Assembly (NCBI GenBank): GCA_034530875.2
Contig: JAVRCJ020000034.1
Location: 9,625 to 73,624, forward strand
Origin: Nostoc sp. DedSLP01
Lineage (GTDB): Bacteria; Cyanobacteriota; Cyanobacteriia; Cyanobacteriales; Nostocaceae
Direction: 5' to 3'
DNA length: 64,000 nucleotides
Shown here: piece after piece, positions 32,431 to 43,722 of the stretch
Layout: each line of letters begins with the position of its first letter
Numbering within the stretch: the first letter of the stretch is position 1
Program-made: the position numbers and the translations under genes
Notes under the pieces: model-generated
What the model was told of the DNA's origin: nothing
Seen by the model: the letters and a program-made list of their open reading frames with translations, nothing else
Databases searched by the model: none

Positions 32431-32523
32431 GCATCAGGCAGAAGGTACGAGGAAAAATGCTTATCCTATTTAGTTTCTGAAAATAAGCATTTTAGATTTA
32501 ATTCTGTCTACCTACTTAATATC

Positions 32524-32577
32524 AAAAGCGATCGCTGTTTATTTTTTCCAGAAAATAATAATAGCGATCGCTTTTTT
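32524..32577 (+). terminator. HIP1-based hairpin with T-tract
   Basis: AAAAGCGATCGCTG...TAGCGATCGCTTTTTT. Confidence 0.5.
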
Positions 32578-32757
32578 GTAACCTAAGTAAAGAAATAATT
32601 GCTCCATTACGCCTGAGGATAGGAGCGCCCTTCAATTTAGCTGTCTATAATTAGCGGTAGGTTTAAATCTCTTTTTAATTGATTCTGATTGCTGTTAGTG
32701 CAGCAGGGTCTAGCGCATTCTGAATTCTTTTTCAATAAACTTTGAAATTTCTCAATT

Positions 32758-33291
32758 ATGAAACCTAACTTAGAAGATATTACCAACAGTCCTCATCGCC
32801 GTCAAATTCTCAAAACTGCTCTTATCTTTCTGGCTGGCTTAACTACAACATCAGTCACATATTTTTTCAATCCCAAATCTACAAAAAAAGCACAAGCAAT
32901 TGTTGTGCAACGGCCCAATGAGTTTGAACTCAAAGGCAAAGGTACTCAAATTAAGTATTCTATCCTGAACGAAGTTCCACAGCTTGATTACAGAACTCAA
33001 AATACTTTCGCTCATTTCAGTGGCGATGAAATTCAAAGATTAACTACTGATATTGGAACACTAGTTACGGTCATTCTCAGCAAACCGAACCCTAATGTAG
33101 GAGGAAATACGCTGAAACTCAGCTTTCTATTACCCACTATCAACTTACCTATCGGTAGTGTAGAAACTACTGTCCAAACTCAAGCAATTCTCACTACCGA
33201 AAAAACATCAGGATTAATCCGAAGACCAATATTTGGACAATTTCAATCATACGAAACTTTCATACTTAATGGAACTGCTAGATACCGTTAG
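32758..33291 (+). CDS. Putative Tat-exported beta-rich hypothetical protein
   Basis: HRRQILK twin-arginine motif, hydrophobic stretch and AQA cleavage site. Confidence 0.65.
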   Translation: MKPNLEDITNSPHRRQILKTALIFLAGLTTTSVTYFFNPKSTKKAQAIVVQRPNEFELKGKGTQIKYSILNEVPQLDYRTQNTFAHFSGDEIQRLTTDIGTLVTVILSKPNPNVGGNTLKLSFLLPTINLPIGSVETTVQTQAILTTEKTSGLIRRPIFGQFQSYETFILNGTARYR

Positions 33292-33747
33292 AGCCATCTG
33301 AATCTGAGTTCGGCAATCTTTTCCATTAAGTCACAAGTGACTTTATTTACTCGTAAGCGGCGATCGCTAGTTTCAAAGAGTCCTTCTAATGATATCCAAA
33401 TGCGCGATCGCTAATGTTAGTTTTTCCAGATAGGGCAATACTCTGCAAAACTGCTCCGCGCGCTACTTCAGCAAGAAGGGAACTCTTAACAGGGAGGAAC
33501 GGCCTGTTAAGAGTTCCCCGTTCCCTCTCTATACCAGAAGTCAGAAATCAAATTGGATTACTATTTATGAGTCGTAAATATTTTTGATAAATTTCTGCGA
33601 AAAATTTGAAATTAAGTTTGATAACTAGGTAGTAGACCCTACTTATTGATGCATGAAACATCAACTTATGAATTCGATAATTGGGACTTCAACCAGCCAA
33701 GGAAATCTCCAGAATACTTCTGGAAGTATTCACAAAGGAGATTGTTG

Positions 33748-34395
33748 ATGATAAAAATGCACGCTGTACGCGACCTGAATCAACAACTATCTCAACTTGT
33801 TGCCGAAGCCTGTTCCTATCCAGCAAAGAGTTTGATACGGCGGCAAAAGCTGAATGAGATAGTTAGAGTTGTGATGAAATCAGGCAAATTATGGAGAGAG
33901 AACACACCTTACTATAACGATGCTCTGCAACAAACTTGGTTGTTTTTCTGCCGGAATCTAGAGCAATATAATCCAGAGCGTTGTAGCGTAATCACTTGGC
34001 TCGACAATTGCCTTAAGTGGCGATTGCAAGATTTCCGCACTTGGGAAGCGAAGAATCAAGCTAAAAATGTTTCTAGTTCTACCTTAGAAATTGAGGAAAT
34101 AACAAACACCATCGAAAATTTACCAGCAGATCCAGAGATTCCGCCAATTTTAGAAGAAACTTCTCAATGGGCAATAACAGATCCAGATGGAGATTTAGCC
34201 ACTACTCACGTCAAAGGACGGCCTGAAGTAACTTGTCAAATTTTAATTCTACGACGCTTACCTCCAGAAACCCCTTGGAAGGATATTGCTCAGGAGTTTA
34301 ACTTGCCCCCATCAACCGCACCGAATTTTTATAAACGCGAATGTCTGCCTCGGTTGCGAAATTTTGCACTCAGACAGGGATATCACGAAATTTGA
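33748..34395 (+). CDS. Sigma-70/ECF-like factor of the type found next to DUF1822 genes
   Basis: Region-2-like YNDALQQTWLFFCRN...VITWLD...LKWRL; C-terminal HTH PWKDIAQEFNLP; AAGGAG RBS before ATG 33748. Confidence 0.7.
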   Translation: MIKMHAVRDLNQQLSQLVAEACSYPAKSLIRRQKLNEIVRVVMKSGKLWRENTPYYNDALQQTWLFFCRNLEQYNPERCSVITWLDNCLKWRLQDFRTWEAKNQAKNVSSSTLEIEEITNTIENLPADPEIPPILEETSQWAITDPDGDLATTHVKGRPEVTCQILILRRLPPETPWKDIAQEFNLPPSTAPNFYKRECLPRLRNFALRQGYHEI

Positions 34396-34448
34396 CATTC
34401 AAGCAGAGATAACTCAAAGAAGGAATATTTGGGAGAAGAAAAACTACT

Positions 34449-35372
34449 ATGATTCATAGTACTGAGAATATAAAAGAAAAATCTATTCCAGTGGCTATCA
34501 CTCAAGCAGCACTGAGAATAGCACGACAATTTGCCGAGGAGCAGCCAACTCTAGAAAAGAAAAAGCAGGTTTATCTTAATACCCTGGCTGTATGTATTGT
34601 GAATGACTATATGCAAATGATGGACATTGCTACTGACTTGAAAGGTAGCGACAGTTGGAATCCAGCTATGCGCCTTTATAGTGATGTTGCAGATTTGAAA
34701 TTGACTAAATTAGGCTACTTAGAATGTCGGTGTGTTAAGTCTGGTGCAGAGATTTGTTACATTCCACCAGAAGTCCCAGACGATAGAATAGGTGTAGTTG
34801 CAGTTGAGTTAGACACAGAGTTTCAAAAAGCGATTCTGGTGGGGTTTGCTAAAACAGTAAAATCTGGCGAGATGTGCATAGATCGGTTGCAAAGTATTGA
34901 CGACTTACTTACACACTTAGATCGCCTTGAAAGTAACCAAAGCGAAGTAAACCTAAGTCGATGGTTGGAGAATACTTTTGCCGTAGGTTGGCAGCCCATT
35001 GAAGAAATTTTAGCTCCAAAAGCACTACAACCAGGTTTTCGTTATGGAACTGGAGTAACGCGAAGTAAACTAATCGATTTAGGGTTAGAACTACCAGAAC
35101 AAATCGTAGCCTTAATTGTCACAGTTACGCCAATAAGTTCAGTGGAAATCCATTTGAAATTCCAGATACATTGTACCGATGAGGAAGTCTACTTACCTAA
35201 CGATCTGATTGTAAAGGTATTAGATGAAAAGGGAGTTACTGTCATGGAAGCTCATGCTAGAAGCGGTAGTACTCACATAACACTAGAATTTCAAGTTCAA
35301 ATGGGAGAACATTTTAGCGTGACCATAGAATTAGGAAATAATAGTATTATTACGGAAAAATTTTTTGTTTAA
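34449..35372 (+). CDS. DUF1822-family protein
   Basis: KKQVYLNTLAV, VADL...GYLECR, DRIGVVAVEL, VNLSRWLEN...GWQ. Confidence 0.85.
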   Translation: MIHSTENIKEKSIPVAITQAALRIARQFAEEQPTLEKKKQVYLNTLAVCIVNDYMQMMDIATDLKGSDSWNPAMRLYSDVADLKLTKLGYLECRCVKSGAEICYIPPEVPDDRIGVVAVELDTEFQKAILVGFAKTVKSGEMCIDRLQSIDDLLTHLDRLESNQSEVNLSRWLENTFAVGWQPIEEILAPKALQPGFRYGTGVTRSKLIDLGLELPEQIVALIVTVTPISSVEIHLKFQIHCTDEEVYLPNDLIVKVLDEKGVTVMEAHARSGSTHITLEFQVQMGEHFSVTIELGNNSIITEKFFV

Positions 35373-35397
35373 TTACATACATTTTCGGTTATTAATT

Positions 35398-37809
35398 ATG
35401 CAGAAATTGGTTGTTTTAAAGCTAGATGGTGATTTAGCTCAGGGGGTAAGAGTGATGTTGGAGATTGGGGCAGAAAGAGATCGCCCCACTATAGAAGTTC
35501 GAGGCTACCTTCCCCCCCAACCAGAGATTATCGCAGACTATAACCTTTGGCAGGCAACCTACCGCAGCTTGGAAAATTTTCGCATCACACCTATAAGTAT
35601 TAGTGTTGGAAATTCTCTATTTGAGCATTTGAACAAATGTCGCAAATTAGAGGAGAAGTTGAGCGAGCAAATAAATAGTTGGCTCAATTGTGAGTCTTTT
35701 CGCCCAGCTAAGGAAAAATTACTCAAACAATTAATGGCTGATGACACAATGCGGATATTAATCAAAACAGATGATATTTGGTTGCGTCGTCTTCCTTGGC
35801 AACTATGGAATTTCTTTGAAGATTACTCAAAAGCAGAAGTTGCCCTCAGCGGTATAGAGTATGAATATCTGCCAAAAACAAAAACACTCATTGCTAAATC
35901 TCACGTAAAAATTCTCGCTATTTTAGGTAACAGTCAGGGAATTTTTATTGATAAAGATAGAGAAATATTAGAAAAATTACCAAATGCAGAAATAACTTTT
36001 CTTGTAGAGCCACAACGCGATCGTATCAACGATCGCCTTTGGGAGCAAGACTGGGATATTTTATTTTTTGCAGGTCACAGTTTTAGCCAACAAGATGGGA
36101 AAAGCGGTAAAATTTATATTAACAAAACTGATTGCTTAACAATTGATGAGCTAAGGTTTGCGCTAAAGAAAGCTGTCAGTAGAGGATTGCAATTAGCTAT
36201 TTTCAATTCTTGTGATGGCTTAGGATTAGCCCATCAATTAGAAGATTTGCATATCCCTCAAATTATTGTGATGCGGGAGCCAGTGCATGATTTGGTAGCG
36301 CAGGAATTTTTAAAGAATTTTTTGGACAAATTTGCCAGTGGTGAGTCTCTACACTTAGCAGTACGAGAATCAAGAGAAAAATTACATGGTATTGCAGATA
36401 GATATCCCTGCGCGATGTGGTTACCTGTAGTCTGCCAAAATCCAGCAGCAGTACCGCCAACTTGGAAAGACTTTCTCAAAAAGCCAGAAACCGTAAATAA
36501 TAAACTTCAACGAAATAATTACATTACCGAATTCCAGTCTCGATGGTTTAAAGTTCAAAAAGTGCTTTTGTTGAGTTTAATAATCGCTATTTTAGTAATG
36601 GGATTGAGAACATTTGGCTTGTTGGAGTTATCAGAACTAAAAGCTTTTGACCAGTTCATGGGGATGCGGCCAGAGGAAAAATCAGATTCGCGTTTCTTGA
36701 TAGTTACTGTTGATGAAGCCGATATTCAGTATCAAAATCAAATGAAAATGAATATGCGATGGTCTTTATCAGATGGAGCACTAGCTCAACTGTTGAAAAA
36801 ATTGGATCGCTATCAACCAAGAACTATCGGTTTAGACGTTTACCGCGATTTTCCTGTAGACCCGAACTTTGCAGATTTAGGAGCCCGTCTCAAACAAGAT
36901 AACCGCCTTTTTGCTGTATGTAAAGTTCCTGCACCTCTTGATGGTGCCCCAGAAGGTACTCCTCCACCTCCTGAAGTCCCAGAAGAACGTTTAAGTTTTA
37001 GCGATTTTGTCGCAGATAATTATGAAATTGCTCGCCGTCAGCTTTTGCACTTGACTCCTCCTGTGACATCTCCCTGTAGTGCCAAATATTCTTTCAGCCT
37101 GCAAATCGCACTTCATTACCTAGAGGCAAAAGGTATTAAAGCAGATATTACCCCAAAGGGGCAGTTGCAGATTGGGAATGTCTTGTTTAAGCAATTAAGA
37201 ACTTACACTAGTGGCTACCAAGGAGTAGATGCAAAAGGTTACCAACTATTGCTCAATTATCGCTCTCTCCCGTCTTTAGAAAATATTGCTCAGCAAGTGT
37301 CTCTCAGAGATGTCCTTAACGAGCAGATAAACCCTCAATTACAGGAGTTATTGAAGGATCGTATTGTTTTGATTGGTGTCACTGCTCCCACTACTACTGA
37401 TTATTGGAAAACTCCTTACAGTGCTAAAGCACCACTCAATCAAAAGCAGATACCGGGTGTTTTTGTACAAGCACACGCCATCAGCCAAATTATCAGTGCT
37501 GTTCTAGACCGCAGACCTCTACTTTGGTGGTGGCCGAGGTGGGTGGAAGCGCTATGGATATGGGGATGGTCAGCTATTGGAGGAACTCTAGCATTGTTGA
37601 TTCGGCAGCCACTTTACTTAGGAGTGGCTGGAGCTACAGCGCTATTGTCACTATATGTAATTTGCTTTGGTATTTTTATACAAGCAGGATGGGTGCCACT
37701 CGTTCCTGCGGCTTTGGCGTTAGTGGCTACTCAAATAGTAATTGTATATGCGATCGCAGAGCGTTTTGGTTTTCAAGCTAGCAAAAGAAATCCGGATTAC
37801 GAATTATGA
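35398..37809 (+). CDS. CHAT (caspase-like) protease + CHASE2 membrane sensor
   Basis: LPWQLW, FFAGHS and IFNSCDGL (His/Cys dyad); TM; CHASE2 (IGLDVYRD, IVLIG, PGVFVQAH); three C-terminal TMs. Confidence 0.9.
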   Translation: MQKLVVLKLDGDLAQGVRVMLEIGAERDRPTIEVRGYLPPQPEIIADYNLWQATYRSLENFRITPISISVGNSLFEHLNKCRKLEEKLSEQINSWLNCESFRPAKEKLLKQLMADDTMRILIKTDDIWLRRLPWQLWNFFEDYSKAEVALSGIEYEYLPKTKTLIAKSHVKILAILGNSQGIFIDKDREILEKLPNAEITFLVEPQRDRINDRLWEQDWDILFFAGHSFSQQDGKSGKIYINKTDCLTIDELRFALKKAVSRGLQLAIFNSCDGLGLAHQLEDLHIPQIIVMREPVHDLVAQEFLKNFLDKFASGESLHLAVRESREKLHGIADRYPCAMWLPVVCQNPAAVPPTWKDFLKKPETVNNKLQRNNYITEFQSRWFKVQKVLLLSLIIAILVMGLRTFGLLELSELKAFDQFMGMRPEEKSDSRFLIVTVDEADIQYQNQMKMNMRWSLSDGALAQLLKKLDRYQPRTIGLDVYRDFPVDPNFADLGARLKQDNRLFAVCKVPAPLDGAPEGTPPPPEVPEERLSFSDFVADNYEIARRQLLHLTPPVTSPCSAKYSFSLQIALHYLEAKGIKADITPKGQLQIGNVLFKQLRTYTSGYQGVDAKGYQLLLNYRSLPSLENIAQQVSLRDVLNEQINPQLQELLKDRIVLIGVTAPTTTDYWKTPYSAKAPLNQKQIPGVFVQAHAISQIISAVLDRRPLLWWWPRWVEALWIWGWSAIGGTLALLIRQPLYLGVAGATALLSLYVICFGIFIQAGWVPLVPAALALVATQIVIVYAIAERFGFQASKRNPDYEL

Positions 37810-38651
37810 TCGGCAAAAAATTATTACTTTTCCCAAGGCTAAAACTTGCTTACATTGTCTTTTTAGTACTTCTTAGCTTGCCAACTTATTCTCCAACGGT
37901 ATCGGCACAGTTTACTAATTCAGCTAACAAGCCTTTTTTTGGTACACCCATCAACTCTACGCGACCGAACTTTCCAGATAACGGTATACCTACCGGCCGC
38001 CGCAAAGGAGGGACAAGCAGAGATGCTTGTTCTGTCCTCAGTATGCCTGTTACTGCCATAGTCCCTGGTGAAGAAACTTTGAGTTCAGCCCAAAAAGGAA
38101 CGTTACCTCAAACTATCTCCTCAAAATCTTTCCTAGCATTAACAGTTAGTGAATATCCAATCTTTTGGTTTTACATTCCCAATTTGCCCCCAAATTTACA
38201 CTCTGCTGAATTTGTTTTGCTCAATGAAATAGAAGATGATATTTACCGTAGTCGGCTAACCCTACCTGAAAAGCCTGGAGTTATCAGCATTAGCCTTCCG
38301 CAACAACCAAAATATTCTTTAGATGTAGATAAAAAGTATCATTGGTATTTGAAAGTTTATTGTAACGATCTACGAAAAACATCTGGGTACTTTTATATTG
38401 ATGGTTTAGTGCAACGGGTTGCGTTGACTCAGAAGCTTGAGAGCCAGTTAAAAGCAGTAAAACCAAGAGAATATATAGCTTATATTGATAATGGTATTTG
38501 GTACGATGCCATAACAAATTTAGCTAGCCTCCGGAGTAGCAATTTACAAAATGATACCCTACAAAAAGATTGGGCTAACTTATTAAAATCTGTTGGCTTG
38601 CAAGACATTGCTGAAGAACCCATTGTTCGGTACTATAAGGCTGAGGAGTGA
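37806..38651 (+). CDS. DUF928-family exported protein
   Basis: Signal peptide; GRRKGGTSRDAC, PIFWFYIP, YHWY, GIWYDA, WANLLKSVGL; ATGA overlap with the upstream gene. Confidence 0.88.
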   Translation: MIGKKLLLFPRLKLAYIVFLVLLSLPTYSPTVSAQFTNSANKPFFGTPINSTRPNFPDNGIPTGRRKGGTSRDACSVLSMPVTAIVPGEETLSSAQKGTLPQTISSKSFLALTVSEYPIFWFYIPNLPPNLHSAEFVLLNEIEDDIYRSRLTLPEKPGVISISLPQQPKYSLDVDKKYHWYLKVYCNDLRKTSGYFYIDGLVQRVALTQKLESQLKAVKPREYIAYIDNGIWYDAITNLASLRSSNLQNDTLQKDWANLLKSVGLQDIAEEPIVRYYKAEE

Positions 38652-38732
38652 TACCAATTCGCAATTAAAAAACTTAGATACAGTAAAGCTTACAGGGTTT
38701 ACATCTGTATCATGTTTTTCGTGAAATGGTAT
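38651..38732. mobile_element. Short MITE-like element
   Basis: ATACCAATTC ... GAAATGGTAT ends; related ends near 5844, at 48866-48960 and near 50875. Confidence 0.5.
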
Positions 38733-38796
38733 GATTGTAAGAATTCAGCAGATTTAACTGAGAATCTTCCCAATCAGATGAAAGCAATTTGGTAGC

Positions 38797-41478
38797 TTAT
38801 AACCAATTACCTACTAACACATAAGGTGCCCAGAAATAAGGACGTTTTTCATTATTGAGAACAGCTATTTGAGCGTGTTGGAGTGCTTGGGCTTTAGTCA
38901 CCCCAGTTTTTAGTTCTCGGTAGAAATAACTCATAAATTTGCTGCTAAACTCATCATCTACTGACCATAAGGTTGCGACGATACTGCGCGCTCCTGCTCG
39001 TACCGCCACCCCTGCTAATCCTAAAGCAGCTCGTTTATCTCCAGTTGCTGTTTGACAAGCGCTGAGGACGAGTAATTCAATGGCATTAGACTGACTAGAG
39101 CCACTTTGCCGAAATAAATTCACAAAATCTTTTACCTTAACCAGTCGATCCCAAGCCAGAATAAAGGTTTCTTCGGGGTTGGAACTAAACTTCCCGTGGG
39201 TTGCTAAGTGGACAACAGAAAAAGGAACCTTTTTTATTTGATTTTGAAGGTTAGTTTCGGTAAATGTTTGATTAAAAAGTTGTTTAGTTTTAGAGACTTC
39301 AGACTGAATAGCTTCTAATTCACGCGCTACATTTTTGAGAGGAGGAAACTCTAGATTTCCTATTTGGCGTTTCTCGCTGACTCCGCCACTTAAGACGTTT
39401 AACTTTACCTGTTGCAAAGGTTTCGGATTGGTTAGTTGTAGACCTGGAGTGAGAGCGATCGCATATTTCTCCACCAAATATTTTTGCTGTTCTTTATCGT
39501 AGAGAACTGCCATCGGAATATTCCGTAAAGATCCATCTAGTACGAATACTAAAGTTTTAATATCACTTTTGACTAACTCTGCTTCGGCTGGTCGGATTAA
39601 CCAGTCATATAACTTTTGGGACTGCTTTTTCACTTGAAAAGTTCGGGTGATATCCCGTAAATATTCTCCCAAATCTAATATGGTTTTCTCAACTGTATCT
39701 CGGTCTACAATCGTCGTATAGTGGCGAAGTTCTTGTTGGCCGGGCAACTTAATAATAATTTCTAAGCGGTCAGCCAAAATAATTGCATAAATAGTTGCTG
39801 CTGACTTATCTCGATCGACTACTCGATCTATCTCTACCTTGGCATCCAAGCAGGCCGATCCAAAAAAGTTTTCTAGTTCTGCCAATTGTAGAGATTCCAT
39901 TGTTTGACGCGCTTGCTTAAGATTTTCTTGAGTAATTTGTTGGTTGCCAGTTTGTTGCAAGCTCAACTCAAGAAACTCCCGATAGACGGGTTCTACACTT
40001 TCCTTGAAGGAAAACTGCACGTCTGGATGCATGGCAACCAAATCGCTACTCAAAGACTGGAGAATGTTTACAGCTTGACTGTAATTAGCAAGAGCTTTTG
40101 TAACATTTCCCTGAGCTTTATAAAGCCTTCCTAACTGCCATTGCCAACGATAGGCAATATCTGATGCCTCAATGGTTTCGGCTAGATTTAGGGCTTGTTG
40201 GGTGAGGTCTTGAGCATCGCTGTATTGCTGGGTCTGCTCGTAAAGTCCACCCAGATATCCTAAAGCATAAGCTAATGCACGAGTATCTTTGATATTTCTA
40301 GCTTGTTGAACAGCAGTGGCTAACACCTGACCTATTTGTGTCCGCGAAGGAGCGTTGGAGATGTCCGACTGTCTTAGCTGCATTAAATTTTGAGCAAAAT
40401 TAATTTGAGCATAAACTGCTGCTCGACTCGCTGGGAGGTTGATAATTTCAGGCTGAATTTGAGTCCACAATACCTGAGCGTCTGACCCCGATTTAGTCTC
40501 CACCGATAAGTCCAACTGATTGAGTTGTGCTTGAATTCGAGTGATTAATGAGGTGGATGTTGCTTGTGCCTGTTGATAAAACTGCAATGCACTCGGAAAG
40601 TCGTGCTGGGCTTGGGCTGTTGTGCCTAAACTCACATACGATGCAGCTATTTCCTCGGGAGATTTTAGCTTTTGAGCGAGGGTTAAAGTTTGTTGCAAAA
40701 TGCGTTGGGATTTGTCTAAATCGCCAACTACTCGCAACACATTGCCAAGGCTACGCAGTGCCGTAGCTTTGAGTAAAGAGTCTGGTTGAGTTTGGAGATT
40801 TTTTTCTAGCTGGGTTAGTGTTTCGTTAGCCCTATGGTAAAGACCTAAGTATTGCAGGGCTTGGACTTGATTGATTAGGCTGCCAGTAATTCCAGCATTA
40901 TTACCTACTTGTTTGTAAGTCGCAGTAGCTTGCTCCCAAGTAGTCAGTGCTTGCTCTGCTTGCCCTAGTGCTAATTGCAGATGTCCTTGAGTGTTTAAGA
41001 CTTGTGCGAGAATGAGTTTGGATTCTTTGGTTTGCAGTTGATTGTTTTGCAGAATTTCTAAGCTTTGTGCGATCGCAAAACTTCCCTGTTGCCATTGTCC
41101 AAGTTGCTGGAAAGCCAATGACATTAAGCTCAGCACTTTGGCTTGATTAAACTTATCCCCAAGAGATTGATAAACTTGGGCTGCTTGTTGCCAAACCTTA
41201 GCTGCATCAGCAAACTTTTCTTCTTGATATAAACTTTTACCTTGTTGCGCTAGTTGTGAAGGGTCTGGCAGACTTTGGACAATAGGAGCATTTTCTGGAA
41301 CTTTCGCTAAAACAGGCGCTTGCATAGTCCCGATTACCAACAAGTTGAGCAATTGTCCCCATAAAATTACCAGTACACTTGCTCCCACGTATGAGGGTTT
41401 CCAAAACCAACGGATACTACGAAAAAAACCGGGATGTTTTCTGGCTATATCAACATAAAAGTAACGTTTACGGGACAT
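38797..41478 (-). CDS. TPR-repeat + CHAT-domain protease, N-terminally anchored or exported
   Basis: N-terminal hydrophobic segment; TPR-like repeats; VHLATHG, VLSACQTA, ATLWSVDD, PYFWAPYVLVGNW. Confidence 0.93.
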   Translation of the reverse strand: MSRKRYFYVDIARKHPGFFRSIRWFWKPSYVGASVLVILWGQLLNLLVIGTMQAPVLAKVPENAPIVQSLPDPSQLAQQGKSLYQEEKFADAAKVWQQAAQVYQSLGDKFNQAKVLSLMSLAFQQLGQWQQGSFAIAQSLEILQNNQLQTKESKLILAQVLNTQGHLQLALGQAEQALTTWEQATATYKQVGNNAGITGSLINQVQALQYLGLYHRANETLTQLEKNLQTQPDSLLKATALRSLGNVLRVVGDLDKSQRILQQTLTLAQKLKSPEEIAASYVSLGTTAQAQHDFPSALQFYQQAQATSTSLITRIQAQLNQLDLSVETKSGSDAQVLWTQIQPEIINLPASRAAVYAQINFAQNLMQLRQSDISNAPSRTQIGQVLATAVQQARNIKDTRALAYALGYLGGLYEQTQQYSDAQDLTQQALNLAETIEASDIAYRWQWQLGRLYKAQGNVTKALANYSQAVNILQSLSSDLVAMHPDVQFSFKESVEPVYREFLELSLQQTGNQQITQENLKQARQTMESLQLAELENFFGSACLDAKVEIDRVVDRDKSAATIYAIILADRLEIIIKLPGQQELRHYTTIVDRDTVEKTILDLGEYLRDITRTFQVKKQSQKLYDWLIRPAEAELVKSDIKTLVFVLDGSLRNIPMAVLYDKEQQKYLVEKYAIALTPGLQLTNPKPLQQVKLNVLSGGVSEKRQIGNLEFPPLKNVARELEAIQSEVSKTKQLFNQTFTETNLQNQIKKVPFSVVHLATHGKFSSNPEETFILAWDRLVKVKDFVNLFRQSGSSQSNAIELLVLSACQTATGDKRAALGLAGVAVRAGARSIVATLWSVDDEFSSKFMSYFYRELKTGVTKAQALQHAQIAVLNNEKRPYFWAPYVLVGNWL

Positions 41479-43585
41479 GGCACTTGGCTGATATCAAGGC
41501 TGGATTATGGGGTGTAGTAGTTAATGTAGAAGCTGTTAGGACTACCTCACCCTTATCATTAGTTGCCCATTCAGTAGCTTCCACAATTTGAGTAGGTGGA
41601 CTAACTTTTATCGGATTTGGAAAAGAGGTAGTAGTAGGAGGGTTATTTTCGCCTGAAATAGGCGTATCTAAATCCATCCAAACTGCATCATTGTTTAGGG
41701 GAGCGTTGGGGTTGGGTGGCAAACCACCTCGTCCAATGACTACAAACTTGCTTTGAGCAGAACTTGAACTGTTGCAGGCTTGAGCGATTTCGGGAGCTGG
41801 TGATATTGTTGGTAAATTTATTAAACCACTGTTGAGGTCGATATCAGGTGTGTTGATTTCCACAGTTCCATTAAGCTCAGGACTTCCGCCAGTAGCAGTG
41901 ATGTCACTAAAATCTGTTCGATTCTGGCGGCGTTGAATACCATAGATACCGGAAGTACGTATGTCAACTCTTCCACCTTTTCCTTGAGATGCATTAGCAG
42001 TTATATCACTATTCTCTCTTGGTATAGCTACAATCAAGCCCGACCGTGCATTAATTATGATATTACCGCCGTTTCCGCGTGCGTTGGTAGAAATTTCGCT
42101 GTTGCGACGCAGTGACAATAACTTTTGCAAGTTCAATTTTATATTGCCACCATCACCGGAGTTAGCTCGACCACTGAGCTTGCCTTTGTTATCCAAATTA
42201 ATAGAACGAGCAGTAATTTCCAAATCACCTGCTTGGTTTGTGCCTAGACTGCTCACAGTTATGTCAGCGCCATTTAAGACATTTAATTCTTCAGCTTTAA
42301 TTATGATGCTTCCCCCCTTTGTAGTAGACTCTCTAAAACGGGAAGCCGAAATGCTTGCTCCATCCTGAACAATCAACTGCCTAGTTTCAATCCTCAATTC
42401 TCCGGCCTTTCCAATGCCTTGTGTGAAAGCAAACAAGCCACTGGGGTTACCTTGTCGTGAGGTTCCAATGAGTTTGATCGAGTCTGTTGCGGTTACGGAT
42501 AACTTTCCTCCATTTCCTTGACTAAGAGCGGAAGCTGAAATATACGCCCCATCTTGAACAATCAACTGTCCAGTTTCAATCTTCACTTCTCCAGCATTTC
42601 CAGATGCTACGGTATCACTTAACAGATAGCTTCCTCCCAGAAGTTTTACTGACTCCGATGCCTTCACCAGTAATGTTGCTCCCGATTTTGAGCCTACCGT
42701 ATTAACCGTAATAGCTGAATCATCGGCGAGTGTAACGCGCTTGCCTTGTATTTGAATAGCACCACTGCCTTGACCACTAACAGTTACTGTAGTAGTTTGG
42801 GTAAGAGATACATTTGCTCGCGCTACATTATCAGGAAAACTTAAGCGGAAATTGTTGTTATCAATGTTCAATCCTACCGTTCCTGTTCCTGCTAATCCTC
42901 CTAATTCGATTCGACCGTTTGGAGCTTGCAGTGTTGCTCCTTCTAAATTCACATCGCCTCCCAGTAGAACTAAACTCCGACTTGCAGGAACGGATAGTGC
43001 AATTGGTCCTGTATTAACTTGAATCGGGCTAATAGGCTCAGATGCAATTTGATTAAATAGAAATGCAGAAGGATTGACACTCAGCAAGGGGTTAAGCGGA
43101 TTGACGGGTGAAGTCATGGAAAATTCTGCACCGCCCGAAAACTGGATCGCACTGGCTGTTGTTCCGATAAACGAACCGCCAAGATTTAATTTGGCATTTT
43201 TTCCAAATATGATGCCCTTGGGATTAATTAAAAAGAGATTAGCTTGGGCTTGAAGTGTTCCCTGGATATCAGAGGGGTTTGCTCCTGTAACTCGCACCAA
43301 AATATTGTTGATACCAGAGGCGCTATGAAAATTTACTATCTCTTGATTTTTAACACTAAAGTTGCTGAAACTATGGAAGAGATTTGTATTCCCAACGGTT
43401 GTACCGCCTGTAATTTGATAATTTTTGCCGTCGGTTAACTCCACTTTAGTTCCCAAAGAGGGATCGGCAGTGACCTCCTGAGCATATGTGCGATCGCCTC
43501 CTTCTATGCCAATCTCACCCGCTAAAATCACCAAGCCCGATAACCCTAAATGGTAACTGCAACTCAAGCAACTTCTTAAACTCAC
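41468..43585 (-). CDS. Filamentous haemagglutinin N-terminal (TPS) domain exoprotein
   Basis: NLFHSF, LFLINPKGIIFG, beta-helix-like repeats, C-terminal GRGGLPPNP...IVEATEW. Confidence 0.9.
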   Translation of the reverse strand: MSLRSCLSCSYHLGLSGLVILAGEIGIEGGDRTYAQEVTADPSLGTKVELTDGKNYQITGGTTVGNTNLFHSFSNFSVKNQEIVNFHSASGINNILVRVTGANPSDIQGTLQAQANLFLINPKGIIFGKNAKLNLGGSFIGTTASAIQFSGGAEFSMTSPVNPLNPLLSVNPSAFLFNQIASEPISPIQVNTGPIALSVPASRSLVLLGGDVNLEGATLQAPNGRIELGGLAGTGTVGLNIDNNNFRLSFPDNVARANVSLTQTTTVTVSGQGSGAIQIQGKRVTLADDSAITVNTVGSKSGATLLVKASESVKLLGGSYLLSDTVASGNAGEVKIETGQLIVQDGAYISASALSQGNGGKLSVTATDSIKLIGTSRQGNPSGLFAFTQGIGKAGELRIETRQLIVQDGASISASRFRESTTKGGSIIIKAEELNVLNGADITVSSLGTNQAGDLEITARSINLDNKGKLSGRANSGDGGNIKLNLQKLLSLRRNSEISTNARGNGGNIIINARSGLIVAIPRENSDITANASQGKGGRVDIRTSGIYGIQRRQNRTDFSDITATGGSPELNGTVEINTPDIDLNSGLINLPTISPAPEIAQACNSSSSAQSKFVVIGRGGLPPNPNAPLNNDAVWMDLDTPISGENNPPTTTSFPNPIKVSPPTQIVEATEWATNDKGEVVLTASTLTTTPHNPALISAKCHVP

Positions 43586-43722
43586 AAAACTTCTCTCCTA
43601 ACCTTTGAAAGTTACTTAATTGGAAGCTAGAACACGACTTTAGTAATACTTGTGGAAATCTTCTACCCCTGTGTTTATAAGAAACTCTGCTAGCGGGGTT
43701 AGGTTTTTGATTATTACTTGTT